Shown here in pieces: positions 42,384 to 54,294 of a DNA stretch of 64,000 bases. The stretch comes from Flaccisagitta enflata (taxonomy: Eukaryota), in NCBI GenBank assembly GCA_965153355.1, contig OZ231126.1, forward strand, positions 32,054,001-32,118,000, read 5' to 3'. The translations under genes were made by a program, and so were the position numbers. Below the pieces are notes generated by a model. It saw only the letters and a program-made list of their open reading frames with translations, was not told the origin of the DNA and did not search any database. Numbering within the stretch: position 1 is the stretch's first letter; each line of letters opens with the position of its first letter.

Positions 42384-42945
42384 TAGATGGTCAGCGGTAC
42401 CCGTGCCCTGCCTAAGTAGGTTGTGGTTGAAGTTGAGGGGGGAGCAGGGCAGCGGCCCCGAAGGGGTCGATGACCTATGCTTTCACACATATGGGGGATT
42501 TTCTCCTTCTCCTCCTTCTCCTCCTCCGTCCCTCCTCCCTCAAATCCCAGTCTCGAGGCCCAAATTCCAGTCTCGAGGCCCAAATCCCAGTCTTGAGGCC
42601 CACATCCCAGCCTCAAGGCCCAAATCCTAGCCTCAAGGCCCAAATTCTAGCCTGGAGGCTGAGATTTGGGCCTCAAGGCCGGGATCTGGGCCTCTTGGCT
42701 GAGATTTTGACATTGAGGCTCAGATTTGGGCTTCAAGACTGAAACCTGGGCCTTGAGGCTAGGATTTAGGCCTTGAGGCTAGGATTTGGGCCTTGAGGCT
42801 GGGATGTGGGCCTCAAGACTGGGATTTGGGCCTCGAGACTGGAATTTGGGCCTCAAGACTGGGATTTGAGGGGGGGGGACGGAGAAAATCCCCCATATGT
42901 GTGAAAGCATAGGTCATCGACCCCTTCGGGGCCGCTGCCCAAAAA
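42384..42945 (-). mobile_element. Non-autonomous element with ~60-bp inverted repeats and 21-bp internal tandem repeats (GGGCAGCGGCCCC family)
   Basis: IR gggcagcggccccgaaggggtcgatgacctatgctttcacacatatgggggattttctcc at 42447 and reversed at ~42880-42940; relatives at 8045-8610, 19945-20346(-), 63160-63420. Confidence 0.75.
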
Positions 42946-43321
42946 GAAGAAGAAGAAGAAGAAGAAGAAGAAGAAGAAGACGAAGAAGCTGAAGAAGAAG
43001 AAGAAGCAGCAGTACAAGAAGAAGAAGTACAAGATGAAGCAGCAAAAGAAAAAGAATAAAAACAAGAAAAGGAGGAAAAAAGAAGAAGAAGAGAAAGGAG
43101 GGGAAGAAGAAGAAGAAGGAACCGAAGAAGAAGAAGAAGAAGAAGAAGAAGAAGAAGAAGAAGAAGAAGAAGAAGAAGGAGAAGAAAGGAAGAAGAAGAT
43201 GAAGAAGAAAAAAGCAAGAAGAAGATGAAGAAGAAAAAAAGCAGTAAGAGGAGAAGAAGAAGAAAAAAAAGAAAAAGAAAAAGAAGGAAAAGACAAAGAC
43301 AAAGAAGGAGAAGATGTGGAT

Positions 43322-44542
43322 AAACAAGGCCGGATACACGCTGTATTTTGTCTAAGAACACTGTTTTAAGCACATCAGCCTCAGATTTGGTGAAAAAATA
43401 AGAACATTTTAAGAACATGCTCAGGCTCAAACTTTTATAAAATATATTCTAAAGTAAGTTAAAACATATTCTAAAGTAAGCTTTTACCTAATTTTTTGAA
43501 GAAAAAAAGAGAATCTATGCATAATCTTCGAACTTAAGCAATTTAACCAGTTACCTTCATCATTTATATCATTTAAATTTCCTAACTTTAATTCATATGG
43601 ACTGAGAATAAAATATATTTATTTCATTGAATATGAATAGGTAGCAATTATGATAAAGAATCTTCAATGTTACAAAAATAAGAACAGATTAAGAATGTTG
43701 GAGCCTGAAAAATGGCTAAAGATAAGAATGCTGAGCCTCACTCCAAAAAACTGTGTTCTTATAAGAAATACGGCGTGTACACGGCCACCAGTTGCGGACA
43801 GGTGGGTAGGGGCGGAAATAAGCATTTACCCACTTTTCAACTTGAGCGTGACGGACCGACGGACGGACGGACCAACCGACGGACGGACGGACAAAGCCTC
43901 TTATGACGGCAAATTTTTGAAGAAAAACTAAGTGTTTCACCGTAGTTTTGCATCATTTTCTGGACAATGATGGTGCAAGAATGATTTTAAAAGATAATTG
44001 GTCTCTAAAGACACTTGGTGTATGCATTTCTATCATATTCTGACCTCAAAAGTAATTTTGACAATGCTATTCACATGAGAAAAGCAAGAAAAACAAGGTT
44101 TTTATTGAAATTTTGCTTACATTTTTTTGTTTATTCTTGCCGTTGAAATTCTAAGACTCTCAAATGCAAGAAAATTTTGCATTTCCAAAAACATGGTTCT
44201 CTTTGTAATTGATTTTGGAAGAGAACTATGTTATTTGTTATCTCATTTTTTCATTTTCTATGTAATCTTAGAATTTCAACAAGCCCCCTGTCAGTTACCA
44301 AAAATGAAATTTTCAGTGATCTGCATTATATTTTCTTCATTTGTTTTAGCTTTATTTTGTTCTTTTTCATGTTTGAATGCAAGTTATGCAAAAAAATATC
44401 AATCATGATATATCTCAATGATTTTTTTACTTTAATCATTCAGATTTAATCATTTAAAGTTTTTACTTTAGCTCCTTTTGAAACACAAATGTTGCCTTCG
44501 GAGGAACGCCGTCTTATAGAGTTGCGTGTCCGCAACTAAAAA
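43322..44542 (-). mobile_element. HINE-like element interrupted by two insertions (~43340-43773 and 43905-44513)
   Basis: HINE ends intact. The second insert has GACGGC/GCCGTC termini flanked by duplicated TTAT inside the conserved cctcttatagag motif. Confidence 0.65.
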
Positions 44543-44716
44543 GAAAAACAAACGAAGGAGCAGAAGAAGAAAAAGAAAGAGAAAAAGAAAGAGAAAATGA
44601 AAAAGAAAAAGAAAAAGAAAAAGAAGAAAAAGAAGCAAGAGAAGATGACGAAACAAAAAGAAGAAAAAATAAAAGAGGCGAAGTAGAAGTTGAAGCCGCC
44701 TAACCAGCGAGCGAGC

Positions 44717-44753
<37 letters not shown>

Positions 44754-45831
44754 AAAGGTAGGTAATCAGCCGACAGATGGCTTAATCTCTTTCAGGCTCC
44801 GAATTCTGCGGAATTTCAGCCCAAACCATTTCGTACATTTCCTAATCATCCCGAACTCCTCCCCCCCATTCCTTACTCAAACTGAATCTGGCACCCCACC
44901 CCCCTCCCCACCCCGCCCCTAGACCCTTTTCACTCCACGAAGTACCATTGACATTCTTAAATCGCTGCCTCTCCAATGATACCCGTCCCCCAACCCATGC
45001 CTCTCCTTAATCATTCCCGGATTTTCAGTGGTTCCAGTATTCACATCTGACATCATCTCATTGACTTGGATGTATGACAGGGACGTCCCAAAACGTGTCA
45101 TACATATGGCATTGTCGGTCTTGGATTGGCATCTTCTTAGTCAACAAATGCAAAAAATATTTATCGTTATCTGAAGTTATTCTTCAGTATAGAGATTAAA
45201 CCTATTTCACTTTTCCACATTTTTCTATGTAACTTAATCCAAAAAGTCCAGGATGCTAACCTAGCCCTGCTATTATGTATAATCTATATCTCGTCAACTC
45301 CTTATAAGACGTTAACTTGTTTACCTTATCTTTTATTGTTTTAGCTGTTATAGACCATCTTTTTTGCAAAGGACATTTTTTTCCGATTCCGTAACTATGT
45401 CGATTTGTGTTTGTTTATTGGTTCATTTCAAATCATTCGGAAGTTATGAAGTAGTGAAGAAAAAGATAGATTGTCAAAAATGTAGCATATATTTTTTGCA
45501 AACAAGTATCACTTTTTTAGTTTTTTTGTAAAAAAAGGAACTGAAAAAAACTCATCAGCCACTTCCTTTGTGAAAACCATTTCAAACAAGACGAAGGATT
45601 ATCAATCGGCTAGTCATAGTGGAATTGGTGAGAAATGAGAATGATTGTACACAATTAATGAATTATACGAAATTCTTGCAAAATACAAGTTCAAAAAAAT
45701 TCTGAAACACGCAATCTAGCAAATTTCTCAAGATCGAAAAATACATACGCGATGAGTGAGGTTTGTCCAGTTGGTCAAGTTTGCTGCCTCATTCAGCTGC
45801 TGTCAATCTATAGCATAGGTTCCTGCTGCAA

Positions 45832-45898
<67 letters not shown>

Positions 45899-45913
45899 GA
45901 TGTTGATGTTGTT

Positions 45914-48900
45914 TCACTCTTTCTCCAGCGACTTTTTCTCCTCCATCAACTTCTTTTTCTTGGATTCGAGTTTTTCCAGCTGTTCGTCGATTTCCGCCAT
46001 TCGCTTCTTCCGATCGCCGCCGCCGCTGCAAGTCTCCGTCGACTGCCTCTCGGATGCGGCGGAGCTGTTGCTGTCGTCGTTATCTGAAAAGTATAAAGAA
46101 TGTTGAGAATATCTAGATTTAATAATAATCACTTACACTTATAATAAGTCTTATTATTTATAAGAACGTCATTTTTTTTCAAAGGCTTCATGTTCTTATT
46201 TTTGAGGCCAAATGAAGCTTTCAATGTTCTTAAAGCGTTCTTAATTGAAAATATTATACAATTTATACAAACTATGAAAAACAGTATAATATTATACTAC
46301 TCAATTATACTAACTATATTTCTATAAAACACGTTAAAACAAATGGTAAACAAAGTCGGGGGATATTTTCATGGTATTAATACTAAAAATTTTAAATTAT
46401 TATCTTATTCATATAAAAATTCAAGTGTTTTATTGATAATCTTTGAATATTACCTTAGGCGAATTTTTTTTATATGTTGTATTTTTGTGTGTTCTTAAAA
46501 TGTTCCTAATTTTGAGGCCATTAGAAGCCTTGATGTTCTTATACACTAGGTTCTCACAAAAAAACAAGGCCAAGTAGGCCAATAAGGTGCGGCGTGTGGA
46601 TCGTCGAACGAATGCGTTAGAAAGAAAGACCGACCGACCGACGGACACAGCCAGTTATAGAGGTGCTTTGTCGCACCTAAAAAGTGAATTAAGAATAATG
46701 AGAATATTGGATATAATTCTCGACTTCTTCAATTATGTGAGGAATGGAATTGTCCACTGTGGCTGATTATGCGAGTGAAGGAGCAAATTGCAAAAGCGAA
46801 AGGGGCTTCCAATACATCAATTTTGCGTTGTAATTCAGCGGAGGCAAAAGTTTCGCCTTCATTCAATCGTTACCTTCGTTGCAGTCGTCCAGTTTGGCTG
46901 CGAGCGCCTGAACCTGATGCAGGAGCAATTTCCTATAAGTTTTGCCCATAAAATTTCCGTTACGCGATTCCAGTTCGCCGGACTCTAAAGCGGATTCGAT
47001 CAATTCCATCGTCAAACCTGTGTTAAAGGACAAAAGACAATAAGACAAGTTAAAACTGGACGGTGATGAAAGGGCAAGCTTTCATTCCGGAATTCCTGAT
47101 TGTGGGACTCTAAAGCAGATGCGCAGATTTGATGAATTCCATCGTAAAAGCTGTGTCAGAAAACAAAAGACATGTGACGAGACAAGTTAAAACTAGATGG
47201 TGATGCAAAGGCAAGCTTTTATTCTGGAATTCCAGTTTACGGGACTCTAAAGCAGATGCGTAGATTCAATAAATTCCATCGTCAAACCTGTGTCAAGGAC
47301 AAAAGACAAGTCCCGGGACAAGTTAACACTAAAAAGACAAGACAGTGATGAAAGGGCAAGCTATCATTCCTTGATTCCAGTTTGTTAGACTCTAAAGCGG
47401 AGTTTATCAGTTCCATTGCCAAACCTGTGTCAGGGACAGGAGACAAAAACAAGTCATGGGTCAAGTTAAAGATGGTAATAATAGGGCAAGCTTTCATTCC
47501 CCGATTCCAGTCTGCGGGACTCTAAAGCAGATATGCAAATTCAATCAATTCCATCGCCAAACCTGTGTTAAAGGACAAGGGGCAAATCATGGGTCAAGTT
47601 TTAATTAAATACAAAAGACAGTGATGAAAGGGAAGTTTCCATTTCGGGATTCTAGTTCTCCTTAATCTAAAGCAGATTCAATCACTTCCGTTGTTAACCC
47701 CGTCAAACTTGTGTCAAAGGTCAAAGGGCATGTCAAGGACCAAAACGAAACCTGAAAGACAAGATAGTGGTAAAAGGACAACAGATCTAATTAAATCTGT
47801 TTTATCTTGAACAAGTTTAATCATATTTTCGCGAGGTCAAGCGTTCGTTTCGCGATTTTGGAATGTCAACACAAATCAACGTTTACCACCAAAATTCCCT
47901 ACGAAGACAAAGGCGGGTCTAAAACCCGTGAACCTTGTGCTCTAATGAATCGGACTTTCAGTTCATGGTAGCCTTTCTATCGGTAGAGAAGTCAAGACCC
48001 TTGAACCGCGAGAGCAAGTGAGACAGTCTCAAGAACCAGAAAAACAAGCCCAATCAGGCAACAATGCGTCATTATTGCAATAATATATTGTGTCTACTTG
48101 TATCGATTCTTACTCTTTACATCTGTTATATATTGGGAGACTGATGGATGGACAAACAAATTTCGAAAATTACCATCAAATTAGCCACTCAAAAAAACAT
48201 CATGTGTGTTTTATTTGGAGTATGATATCACCGCGGTTAAAAATTGCCAAGAAATGAATTTTCAGGTGTTATGGACGTACCGACTGACGGATTGACAGAA
48301 CGACGTACCGACCCTCTACTAGAAACGCGAGGAAGCAGCTAAAAAGTTGAGCGATAAACAGCGTGGCAACTGGAAGGGGCTACAAACATTTTGGGTAAAT
48401 TGGTCAGCGGTATTTTTCACCACTTCCTTTGTCATAGATCCACTGTCCTTATTTATTTTGACCATTATAGGTACCAATTACCAAAATGTCAGATAATTAT
48501 GAACAAATACAGTAAAGTGTTCTGTCCCGGTTTCCTAGGTTCCCTCGATTTCCCCTGCCTTCCACCCCCCCCCCTCTCTATCTTTCTATCTCCCAAAAAA
48601 AACAAGCACAAGTTGTTGACCGACCTGGAAACTCTTTGATGGCATTCTTGTCGCTGATGGTGGCGCCTTTGTCGCTCCATTTCGGTTCACGCTTCTCAAC
48701 TTCTTCCTCCTCCTCCTCTTCCTCCTCTTCCTCATCCTCCTCTTCTCCTCCTTTGCCGAGTTTCTTTTGTTTTTTCTCCGTTTCTTTCGCCAACTTTTTT
48801 ACTTGATGGCGCAGAAGTTTCGTGTACGTTTTACCCATGAAGGATCCTGAGACGAGAATTAACAAATGAAATTGAGACAAATCTTCAAGCTTTTCTGTTA

Positions 48901-48948
48901 CAATGTATCAAGATTCAAGAACAAGCAACGGAAGTAGAACCGGAGACG

Positions 48949-49003
<55 letters not shown>

Positions 49004-49178
49004 AACCACGTGCTTTCAAACTTTTAAACGGACCGACGGAAGGATGAACTAAGTCTCTAAGAGTTACAAGCAGGCAACTGAAACCGTAAACAAAAGCAAC
49101 GAGAACAAAACCAAAACCAACAACAACAACAGCAACAACAGCAACAACAGCAACAACAGCAACAACAGCAACAACAGC

Positions 49179-49224
<46 letters not shown>

Positions 49225-49362
49225 CTGACCTTGACGGGTATCTAGTCTGCCATCCTCAATTGCGGCTTCAACATCTTCGTTGGTCAAAACTGGGAATTCT
49301 TTGACCGCATTTAAAGAACTAATCGTCGCTCCTTTGTCAGTCCATTTCACCTCCACAGACAT
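45914..49362 (-). CDS. Nested 4-exon gene (49230-49362, 48625-48846, 46874-47017, 45914-46083): 222-aa protein, two tandem ~60-aa domains, acidic linker, C-terminal coiled coil
   Basis: ATG to TGA, 669 nt, three phase-1 GT-AG introns, no stops. Repeats: KWTDKGATISSLNAVKEFPVLTNEDVEAAIEDGRLDTRQGSFMGKTYTKLLRHQVKKLA and KWSDKGATISDKNAIKEFPGLTMELIESALESGELESRNGNFMGKTYRKLLLHQVQALA. Confidence 0.9.
47021..47780 (-). repeat. ~137-bp degenerate tandem repeat derived from the exon-3 acceptor region of the nested gene
   Basis: gactctaaagc...aattccatcgtcaaacctgtgt at ~47014 (true exon), 47147, 47284, 47421, 47559 and 47706. Confidence 0.85.
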
Positions 49363-49493
49363 AATCGCAAATATTCACAGATGATGATAATAATGATCAC
49401 AGATGACACAGTTGTTAAGTCTTTGTGAGGTTTGACGTAAAGATGACCAAAGTTACCAATAAATGTACCCTACGAAAAAAACACGTATTTATT

Positions 49494-49526
<33 letters not shown>

Positions 49527-50076
49527 AGCGCTACGGACCAACGGACGGACAGACGAAACAAAAAATCAAGGCATGGCTGGACCTATGCGACGTCACGTCG
49601 ACGGATAATCGGACCGATGGGCGGACAATGCCTCTTTCAGAGAGACTAGTCCGCGATTAAAACGACAGCTAAAGAATGTTTAAGAATGTTTTTTGTCGAG
49701 ATGTGAAAAAATGTAAAACCAAACTAAATTGTTCGAGGTGCGGGGAAATATTTCATCGAAAAAAGAAGTCCATCTACCATCTGCAAAAATTGAAATCGAA
49801 TTCATCCGATTGCGGGGGAGTAAGATTATTGTAAGTGGGAGGGGAAATTTATCTGAGATAGCTTCAGTTGAGAGGTGAGACGATGAGAGGTGAAATTGAA
49901 AATTTGAGATAAACTGAGAAAAAAAGATGAAAGCAGAAGCAACTGAGAGGCGAAAAGAACTGTTCAAGATTATCTGTGAGTGATTAAAGGACCAGTGACA
50001 CCCTGAGTCACTCAGCTACAAATGAACCACAATAAAACGCACATTCAAACGCATACACACGCAAACGATCACATCA

Positions 50077-50176
<100 letters not shown>

Positions 50177-50431
50177 CATTAACTCACACGTACACATACA
50201 AAAACAACGAATATGAAGACTTGGAGTGCTGTAAGATAGTTCGAGGGCACTGCGAACCGGCTCGGGTCCGTAAAAAAGATATTGGCTGGATAAGCTAAAA
50301 GTCGATAAAAATTCACGAATTGCGAAGATCGAAGGGGGATCATTGAAATTGAAGCGAGAGACAAAGGTACAGAGGCTGACAGACAGACACACAGACGAAG
50401 CGTGACAGAAAGACAGACAGACAAACAACCG

Positions 50432-50489
<58 letters not shown>

Positions 50490-51145
50490 CAGAGAGACAG
50501 AGACAGAGAGACGTAGAGTCTAGAGACAGAGAAACTGACAGACAGACAGAGCCAGACAGAGAGAGAGAGACAGTCCAAGAAGCAGAATCAGATACAGAGA
50601 TAAACCTGATAAAGAAAGACAGTCTGGAAGACAGACAGACAGACAGACAGACAGAGACACCGTTATCCAGAGAGCTGAGAATTGGGAGCTGAGCCTGAGG
50701 ATCTTATTTGCGGAAGAAGAGAATTGAGGCAGAGCTGCAAGGAAATGAAAATCGAGTGTGGAGAGAAAAAGAGAGAAAAAAAATACTGAAAATAATCTAA
50801 GCTAAAGAAGGGTGTTCGAAATTATGTCGATGGCACTTAAGTTTGCTTTTTCAGGAGATTGAGCAAACTGATTTGTGTAGAATTTACAATTGTTTAAAGT
50901 TAGAAGATATGTATACAGCGGAACCCTGCAATAACTGACCCGCCTTTAAAGGATCCCCATCAAAAAAGGTCAACATTTCAAGGTCCCAAATGATAGTTTT
51001 CAATGTGATTTTACCTCTCTATAAAGATGAAATATCTTCAGTCCCAATGGGTCCCACTGTATGAATACGTATATGTCTTGTGACAACATTGCTTTATAAG
51101 ATAATACATAAAAACAAAGGATGAGAGTCTTGGGAACTCTGTAAA

Positions 51146-51691
51146 TCAGGGTGGGGGTTGGGAGGTCATAGGTGTCATAAACTTATGTTATTCTACAAAC
51201 TGCCCCCATTCATGATGATAGTAAGATTTGTCATGTTTCATGACCATCTGACAAGTCCCTGATAGGGCCGCCACTCCCCCCCCCCCCCATTTTATAAAAG
51301 CAAAAAGGTTTACAAAAATTTGGCTTTCCTATCAGGAACTTGTCAGGAGGTCATGTAACTTGGTATATCTTATTATTGTAATAAATGGGGGTAGCTCGTA
51401 GAATGATTTAGGTTTCTGAGACCTAAGACTTCGTTACCCCCACCCTGATGTGTATGTACCATCTTGGCGGAAAGAAACGCGACAGTTGCTAAAAGTAGTA
51501 TCAACTTTGGAGGAGTGCTGCTCTTAAACGGAATAAGCTACCTACCCCAGATTGGGCCCATTTTAAAGGTCCGAATCAAATCTTCAAAATGAGACCAAGT
51601 TGAAGTCTATAGCTTTATTCATTCAGGAGCAGCGCTCTTCCAAAGTTGATGCTAGTTTTAGCAACTGTCGCGTTTCTTTCCGCCAAGATAG
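51146..51691. mobile_element. Two adjacent foldback MITEs (51146-51449 degenerate, CAGGG ends; 51459-51691 TA-flanked)
   Basis: ~125-bp imperfect and ~85-bp well-conserved inverted arms (atcttggcggaaagaaacgcgacagttgctaaaa). Confidence 0.75.
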
Positions 51692-52220
51692 TATCTGTTT
51701 TAGGGGCTATCTATATAAAAGGCTAGCCCATTGATAACAAACAATGCCCGTTACCGGGCCAATAAGAAGCCACTTGCAGGTGGGCAGGGGCAGTAATACA
51801 GATGGGCATCAGTAATGCCTATGATGTACCAACTTAAAATCTCGGACTCAGAATTTGTTATTACCTGTTTCTTGATGTGGACAATTTGACAAGAAAATTA
51901 TCAGTTGGAATTTTTTAGATGCAAAAGAAGCAGTGAATAGTTGGTAGATTCAGGAAATTAATTCTGACGCGAATTGTGGTACGCATGATCATTACCCTGG
52001 TCCAGGGGTTTACTGCACTTTATTTAAATAGTGATAACATGTCCCGTAGTGGAGTGTTTGATTACGCAGACTCTCCCACCCACGAAAAAAATTGAATCTG
52101 AAGAATTGGGACAAGGACTAAAAGGCCAACAAAAGGGCTTTTTATGATTCCGATTTCTATGAAAGAATGCTTACATTTGCAACTTTTAATCGTTAACTAG
52201 CTGATAAACAAGACATAGAC

Positions 52221-54294
52221 TTTTTAGTCGCGGACAAGCGACTCTACACCTTGCCGTGTCCGTCCGTCCGTCCATCCATCCCTCCGTAACATTTTTAGTC
52301 GCGTGCACGCGACTCTATACCCCGCTTTGTCCGTCCGTCGGTTGGTCGGTTGGTCGGTCGGTCGGTCCCCATTTTACTTTTTTTATTCGTTTTATTCCTA
52401 TCAAGTCATTTTAAGTCAATTAATTGATTTTGAGTCAAATTAGATCATTTTAAGTCATTTTGAGTCATTTTAAGTCAAATTAAGTCATTTTAATCAATAT
52501 TGAATTTTAGTCAATTTAAGTCAATCTAGGTCATTTTAAGTCATTTTAAGTAAATTCAAGTCAATTTAAGTCAGTTTAACTCAGTATAAGTCAATTTAAG
52601 GCAGTATAAGTCAATTTAAGTCATTTTATGTCAAATCTAAGTCAAATCAAGTCACTTGAGTCATTATTGAATTTTATTGAATTTTAGTCAATTTAAGTCA
52701 ATCTAGGTCATTTTAAGTCATTTTAAGTTAATTCAAGTCAATTTAAGTCAGTTTAACTCAGTATAAGTCAATTTTTATTTACATAATTATAGGTAATTAT
52801 AGGTCATGATGCAATTTTGGGTAATCATAGGTAATTATAGGTCATTATAGGTCATTATACAATTACAGGTAATCATAGGTCATTATAGGTAATTATAGGT
52901 TATTATGCAATTATAGGTCATTATAGGTCATGATAGGTAATTATAGGTAATTATGGGTAATTATAGGTAATTATGGGTAATAATAGGTCATTATAGGTGA
53001 TTATAGGTAATTATAGGTAATCATAGGTTATTATGCAATTATAGGTTATTATGCAAATATAGGTTATTATTCAATTATAGGTAATTATAGGTAATTATAG
53101 GTCATTATAGGTAATTATAGGTTATTATGCAATTATAGGTCATTATTGGTCAGTATGTAATCACAGGTAATTATAGATAATTATAGGAAATTATAGGCCA
53201 TTATATATAATTATAGGTAATTATAGGTCATTTTGTAATTATAGGTAATTATGGTTCATAATAATTAATTATAGGTTATTATGCAATTACATGTCATTAT
53301 TGCAACTACATGTCATTATTGGCAATTATAGGTCATTATGTAATTTTAGATAATTATAGGTAATTATAGGCAATTATAGGTCATTTTGTAGTTATAGGTA
53401 ATTATAGGTCATTATAGGTCATTATAGGTCATTATAGGTTATTATTGGTAATTAAAGGTCTTTATGCAATTATGGGTAATTATAGGTAATCAGGTCATTA
53501 TGTAATTTTAGATAATTATAGGTCATTAAAGGCAATTATAGGTCATTATGTAATCATAAGTAATAATAGGTAATTATAGGTCATTATAGGTAATTATATG
53601 TCAATAGACAATTTTAGGTAATTGTAGGTCATTATTCAGTTACAGGTAATTATAGCTAATCATAGGTAATCATAGGTAATTATAGGTCATTATGCAATTA
53701 TAGGTAATTATAGGCAATCATAGGTCATTATAGGTAATTATAGGTCATTATGTTATAATAGGTTATAATAGGTAATTATGGGTAATTATGGGTAATCATA
53801 GGTCAGTATAGGTAATTATTGGTCCATATGTAATTATAGGTAATCATAGATCTTTATAAGTACTTATAGTTCATTATTCAATTATGGGTAATTAAAGGTA
53901 ATTATAGGTAATCATAGGTCATTATAGGTAATTATAGGTCATTATGTTATTATAGGTAATTATGAGTAATTATGGATAATCATACGTCATTATAGGTAAT
54001 CATTGGTCCATATGTAATTATAGGTAATGATAGGTCTTCATAGGTACTTATTGGTCATTATTTCATTATGGGTAATTATAGGTAATTATAGGTCATTATT
54101 GGCAGTTATAGGTCAATAGGTAATTATTGTCATTATCATCATTACAGGAAATAACGATCTCTATAATTAGGCGATTATATATTTAAGTTTCGCACGCGAC
54201 TTATAGGTGTTGGCCTTGTTGAATTACAAGCGGTTTTTGCGTTTTGGCCCCTGCCCAACCATCCGCGACTGTCTTTCCGTGTATCCGGCCTTGT
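52221..54294 (+). mobile_element. HINE-like element with a second, satellite-bearing HINE (52292-54220) inserted in its T-tract
   Basis: Two 5' hairpins (agtcgcggac, agtcgcgtgc) and two matching 3' ends in nested order. The inner copy is the reverse complement homologue of 39361-41321 with (tataggtaat/tca)n arrays. Confidence 0.8.

Noticed and set aside
42022-43430. Glu/Lys- and Leu/Phe-rich ORFs
   Set aside because: (GAA)n tracts plus a non-autonomous element.
44796-44951. Nearer acceptors that could end the CUB-LDLa gene (GSEFCG...*, DPFHSTKYH*)
   Set aside because: Short and unremarkable; the TM exon at 60595 fits the family architecture better, though these are not excluded.
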